20,000 bases of DNA from sequence record DRR723986_5754; one strand, 5' to 3'. Both the position numbers and the translations under genes were made by a program. This document shows positions 16,052 to 20,000 of this stretch, piece after piece (the stretch's first letter is position 1; every line of letters begins with the position of its first letter). The notes below the pieces were generated by a model. That model had not been told where the DNA came from. It saw only the letters and a list, made by a program, of their open reading frames with translations, and did no database searches.

Positions 16052-17686
16052 CTATTTTTGATGTCCCGGGCCAAAAAGGACCTGTCCTGGAGTGCGACCT
16101 GTATGGTTGCCGCCGTCCAAAACCAGCTGACCATTAACAATGACATAATCAATGCCGGTTGGTTTGGCGGTTGGGTTTTCCCATGTTGCGGTGTCTTTTA
16201 TCGTTGCCAAATCAAAGATTGTTATATCAGCGGCCAACCCCTCGCGAATAACACCGCGGTTGGCAAGGCCCATGCGAGCCGCAGGCCAACTGGTCATTTT
16301 TCTGATAGCGTCGGGCAGAGTGAGAACTTTTAACTCGCGAACATAGTGCGAAATTATTTTAGGAAATGTGCCGTAGCTGCGTGGATGCGGTAAGCCAATT
16401 GCGTCGATATCGCCTTCCTTTAGGGCAGATGCCGCGTCGCTACCGATGCTGGTGAAAGGGCTTTTTAACGCTAATTGCACATCTTCTTCACTCATCATGA
16501 AATACAGCGCCACGGGCCTGTTTGGTTGCGCAGCGAGCATAATATCCCATGCAATATCAGCAGGATGACGGTTTAAAGCTTCGCTAATTGCCTCGAAATT
16601 TTGTCCATGAAACTGTCGGTAATCATCAAGATATGAATTTGCCAGCACAACATTTCCCCAACCGCCTGACGAATATACCAAATTAGTCCAGCTGTCCGTT
16701 GGGCCTGCATCAATTTCCTGCTTTAGTTGTTCTCGAATGGATGGGTCTTTCAGTCTTTTTATGGCTTCTTCAACGCCGTCAGCATAAACCCAGTTTGGTG
16801 CAGTTATCTCAAGTCCAGTGCCTCCTGCTACATAGGGGTATAGGTCAGCGGCAACATTAACGCCTCGGGCTCTTGCCTGTTCAATCAAGGTTAACGCTTG
16901 CTGCATGTCTTTACCCCAGTTAGGGGCATAGGCCGCTTTAAGGTGAAATACTTCAACGGCTGCGCCGCTTTTCTCACCAATCTCAATGGCTTCCTTGATT
17001 GAGGTTAAAAGCTCTGCACTTTCGCCTCTGATATGGCTTGCATAGATGCCGTCATAGTCTGCGACTACTTTGGCTAATTCGATTAGGTTTTCTGTTTTAT
17101 GATATGACGACGGCGGGTAAATAAGTGCTGTTGTAATACCCATCACGCCTGATTGCATGGCTTGTGCGATAAGGGCTTTCATTTGAGTAAGCTGCTCGGA
17201 TGTTGGGTCAGCTGAAGTGTCACCAAGCACCGCTACACGCGCCTGCGTTGCGCTGTAGTACGTGCCAAAGTTAACCGAAATACCTTTGTCTTGTAATTCT
17301 TTAAAATAGGCTTTTATGTCTGCCGCCGCCACCGGTGTGCCGCCCTCTCCGCCAATCAGGCTTGTAACGCCCATATTGATCTTGTTGGGGGCAAGCCCAA
17401 CTTCACGCAAGGCCTGACCTGATTGGTCCATGACATCAATCCAGCCAGGAGAGACATACTTGCCAGTTGCATCTATTTCGCGTTTGCCAGCGCCGGTAAT
17501 ACGGCCAATTTTGGCAATTTTACCATTTGTAATCGCTATATCAGCCGCCACCCAAGGATTGCCTGCGCCGTCCAGCACACGCCCGTTTCTAATAACAATG
17601 TCATATGGTGTATCTGCGGCATACACTGACGGAAAGGCTATGACTAAAATAGTAAGAAAGCTTATAATGAGTGCATGTTTATGCAT
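16052..17686 (-). CDS. Exported N-acyl-D-amino-acid deacylase-like amidohydrolase
   Basis: Start at 17686 (MHKHALIISFL…VYA-AD signal peptide, AGGA upstream) rather than 17800; DIVIRNGRVLDGAG, ASHIRGE, EVFHLK, IGSDA, PHPRSYGTFP, IRKMTSWPA, ADITIFD. Confidence 0.85.
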   Translation of the reverse strand: MHKHALIISFLTILVIAFPSVYAADTPYDIVIRNGRVLDGAGNPWVAADIAITNGKIAKIGRITGAGKREIDATGKYVSPGWIDVMDQSGQALREVGLAPNKINMGVTSLIGGEGGTPVAAADIKAYFKELQDKGISVNFGTYYSATQARVAVLGDTSADPTSEQLTQMKALIAQAMQSGVMGITTALIYPPSSYHKTENLIELAKVVADYDGIYASHIRGESAELLTSIKEAIEIGEKSGAAVEVFHLKAAYAPNWGKDMQQALTLIEQARARGVNVAADLYPYVAGGTGLEITAPNWVYADGVEEAIKRLKDPSIREQLKQEIDAGPTDSWTNLVYSSGGWGNVVLANSYLDDYRQFHGQNFEAISEALNRHPADIAWDIMLAAQPNRPVALYFMMSEEDVQLALKSPFTSIGSDAASALKEGDIDAIGLPHPRSYGTFPKIISHYVRELKVLTLPDAIRKMTSWPAARMGLANRGVIREGLAADITIFDLATIKDTATWENPTAKPTGIDYVIVNGQLVLDGGNHTGRTPGQVLFGPGHQK

Positions 17687-17962
17687 CGAACGGCGTCCTA
17701 TTACATACCAAACAGGTACTTTTGATTGAGGGCTTATTGTTTGTTCAGCAGGCATGATTGCCTTAGCGGAGCAGCAATAATATTTGGCGAATAAAAGCAT
17801 GTTGAATTTTATTTGTACAGCGCTAAAAAGTAATTAAGGCTGATTTAATTGAATAAATAACTGAATTGAGTGCTTGATTTCGTTTTTTTTCCCTATAGTG
17901 TCGATGCCTTGATTATTTATTGGAAATGAATTGGTGTTGATAGCCGAACAGTTGATAAAGCC

Positions 17963-19132
17963 ATGCAATTGATAACCGCTGAAAATGAATTTCTTCTTTG
18001 GGCAGTTATGCTTTTGACTTGTGCTGGCGCTTTCGCGCTTGAGAAAAGCAACATGGGTCAACGTGTGTCTGGCCCGGTGATGATGCTGGTTGCATCGGCA
18101 ATATTGTCAAACACAAGTGTTATTCCCAATTCTGCGCCTGCCTATAATATAGTTTGGACATACGGGGTCCCAGTGGCTGTGGTGTTGTTGCTTTTCAGCG
18201 CAAACCTGAAGAAAATTATTTCCGAATCCGGTCCCACATTCATAGCTTTTTTGGTGGGGGCACTGGGGACAACGCTGGGTGTTCTGCTCGGTGTTACTTT
18301 GCTCTCGCTGGGAGAGGCTGAACCAAATTTGGCTGCTGTGTTCAGCGCCACCTACATCGGGGGCTCACTTAATTTTGCCGCTGTTGCCGAAGCCATTGGT
18401 TTTCAAGACAGTAACCTGTTAACGGCGAGCTTGGCGGCGGACAATGTATTGGGCGTGATGTTTTTTATTGTGCTAATTTCCTTGCCGTCATTTAAGTTGG
18501 TTACGCATATTTTTGGCTATGACTCTGAGGCCCTGCGTGGCGCGGCTAAAGTCAGTAATGTATCTGAACGGCAAACCCCGACTAATACGGAACAAAAGGA
18601 TAGCGAGAGGCAAGCTTTGTCGCCGGCTCGCATGGCCGCTGCTCTTGGATTGGCATTTTGTATTATTGCTTTTAGCCAGTGGGTGGCTGGGATTTTTGGT
18701 TTTGAAGCAGTGCGGCTATTGGTTGCCACAGTTATTATCGTCGCTATCGCCAGTATTTTCCCCCAGCAGATGGCAAAAATTCCAGAGGCATTCCCAATTG
18801 GTATGCTGATAATGTATTTGTTTTTCTTCATGATTGGTGCAGGAGTTGATATTGCAACCATGATGGAAAGCGGCCTGAAAATAGCAACTTTTGCCGCTAT
18901 AATTCTATCAACGCATCTATTGGTTTTAATACCTGTTGGCAAGTTGTTGGGATTGAAGTTGCCAGAGCTTATGGTTGGCTCTAACGCCTGTGTGATGGGG
19001 CCACCTTCTGCCGCTGCAATGGCTGGTGCTTTCGGTTGGAAAGATTTGGTTACACCCGCCATTCTATGCGGCGTTTTCGGCTACGCCACTGCCAACTTCG
19101 TCGCTTTAACGCTGTTTGCCAGTTTATCGTAA
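17963..19132 (+). CDS. DUF819-family polytopic membrane protein, putative transporter
   Basis: About 11 TM segments; ATYIGGSLNFAAV, AADN, SNACVMGPPSAAAMA…W…PAILCGVFGYA motifs typical of DUF819. Confidence 0.8.
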   Translation: MQLITAENEFLLWAVMLLTCAGAFALEKSNMGQRVSGPVMMLVASAILSNTSVIPNSAPAYNIVWTYGVPVAVVLLLFSANLKKIISESGPTFIAFLVGALGTTLGVLLGVTLLSLGEAEPNLAAVFSATYIGGSLNFAAVAEAIGFQDSNLLTASLAADNVLGVMFFIVLISLPSFKLVTHIFGYDSEALRGAAKVSNVSERQTPTNTEQKDSERQALSPARMAAALGLAFCIIAFSQWVAGIFGFEAVRLLVATVIIVAIASIFPQQMAKIPEAFPIGMLIMYLFFFMIGAGVDIATMMESGLKIATFAAIILSTHLLVLIPVGKLLGLKLPELMVGSNACVMGPPSAAAMAGAFGWKDLVTPAILCGVFGYATANFVALTLFASLS

Positions 19133-19154
19133 CCCAAACTTGAAAGGTTTGACC

Positions 19155-20000
19155 ATGAAACATGTATTCTCGCTCCTTATTGCTGTTGTGGTGTTTATAT
19201 TGCCTGCACACGCGCAAGGCGGGTTACCAAATAACTTTGACGCAATGGTAATTGAGGATATGCAAAAGTGGCATGCGCCTGGCCTGGGCCTTGCTATTGT
19301 CAAAGACGGTAAAACCTTACTGGCTAAAGGGTACGGAATTAAGTCCATCAAAACCAATGAGCCGGTTAATGCCGATACTGTGTTTCAGGCTGGTTCAACT
19401 ACAAAAGCTTTTGCGTCTATGGCGGTGGCTATGTTGGTGGATGAGGGTGTGTTGTCATGGGATGACCCTATCATCAAGCATATCCCCGAATTTCGCATGA
19501 AAAATAAATATGTTCAAAATCATCTAACCCTCAGGGATGCCTTCAGCCACAATAGCGGGGTGTCTTTCCTCAGCAACGTGAATATGTTTCTAGGCAAAGA
19601 CCTGCACGGTGCTTGGGCAATGCTGGATGAAAATGGTCAACAAACCAGTTTTCGCCGAAAGTGGGACTATAATAACACCATTTTTGCGCTTTCTGGCCGC
19701 GTTATTGAACGGGTAACTGGCGTGCCGTTCCATCAGTTTGTGCGTGACCGTATCCTCACGCCTTTGGGTATGAACAACAGCTTGCTTCTGGACGCTGAGG
19801 TGGCCAATGCTCCTAACCGTGCTGAGGCGCACCAGCATATGGATGGCAAGGACTATCAGATAATTTATCCCTACATTGAATATAGCCAATCTGCAGGCAT
19901 GCTCAACTCAACACCTAATGATATGGCCAAATGGATGACCTTTCTGACAGCCGGTGGTAAATGGCAGGGCAAGCAACTGGTGTCAGAGGCAAATTTACGC
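19155..20000 (+). CDS. Secreted serine hydrolase, beta-lactamase/PBP-like family; 3'-truncated by the window (absent from the ORF track)
   Basis: Hand translation MKHVFSLLIAVVVFILPAHAQGG…PGLGLAIVKDGKTLLAKGYG…FQAGSTTKAF (SxxK)…SHNSG…WDYNN (YxN); open to the window end; GAAAGG upstream. Confidence 0.88.
   Translation, partial: MKHVFSLLIAVVVFILPAHAQGGLPNNFDAMVIEDMQKWHAPGLGLAIVKDGKTLLAKGYGIKSIKTNEPVNADTVFQAGSTTKAFASMAVAMLVDEGVLSWDDPIIKHIPEFRMKNKYVQNHLTLRDAFSHNSGVSFLSNVNMFLGKDLHGAWAMLDENGQQTSFRRKWDYNNTIFALSGRVIERVTGVPFHQFVRDRILTPLGMNNSLLLDAEVANAPNRAEAHQHMDGKDYQIIYPYIEYSQSAGMLNSTPNDMAKWMTFLTAGGKWQGKQLVSEANLR

Noticed and set aside
17687-17800. 38-aa N-terminal extension of the deacylase in the ORF track
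   Set aside because: The signal peptide and RBS fit ATG 17686; the extension lies in the divergent promoter region.
1-20000. CRISPR arrays, tRNA/rRNA genes, transposases, integrases
   Set aside because: No regularly spaced repeats, RNA-gene signatures or recombinase ORFs were seen; mobility of the puc module is inferred from context only.

Overview
Bacterial window, probably from a marine alphaproteobacterium (inferred from frmA/fghA/puc sequence character and roughly mid-range GC, judged by eye). Left part (+ strand): the end of a VWA-protein cluster, a secreted M24 peptidase, a short BCCT transporter coupled to betA, and the glutathione-dependent formaldehyde pair frmA-fghA. Centre: a complete stand-alone LH2 antenna operon (pucB, missed by the ORF track; pucA; pucC; a pucDE-like gene) with two tandem PpsR/CrtJ boxes, an intercistronic stem-loop and an intrinsic terminator. 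PucA has Phe44/Leu45 in place of the B850-tuning Tyr/Tyr or Tyr/Trp, predicting a blue-shifted antenna, and a C-terminal extension of about 60 aa. Right part: a divergent cluster for probable D-amino-acid/peptide scavenging. Its minus arm holds an exported N-acyl-D-amino-acid deacylase-like protein, dgcN, dgcA, a membrane-anchored serine hydrolase and a Tat-exported M19 dipeptidase-like protein; its plus arm holds a DUF819 membrane protein and a second serine hydrolase cut by the window end. Both amidohydrolase-fold enzymes have non-canonical metal sites. No RNA genes, CRISPR arrays or transposases were seen.
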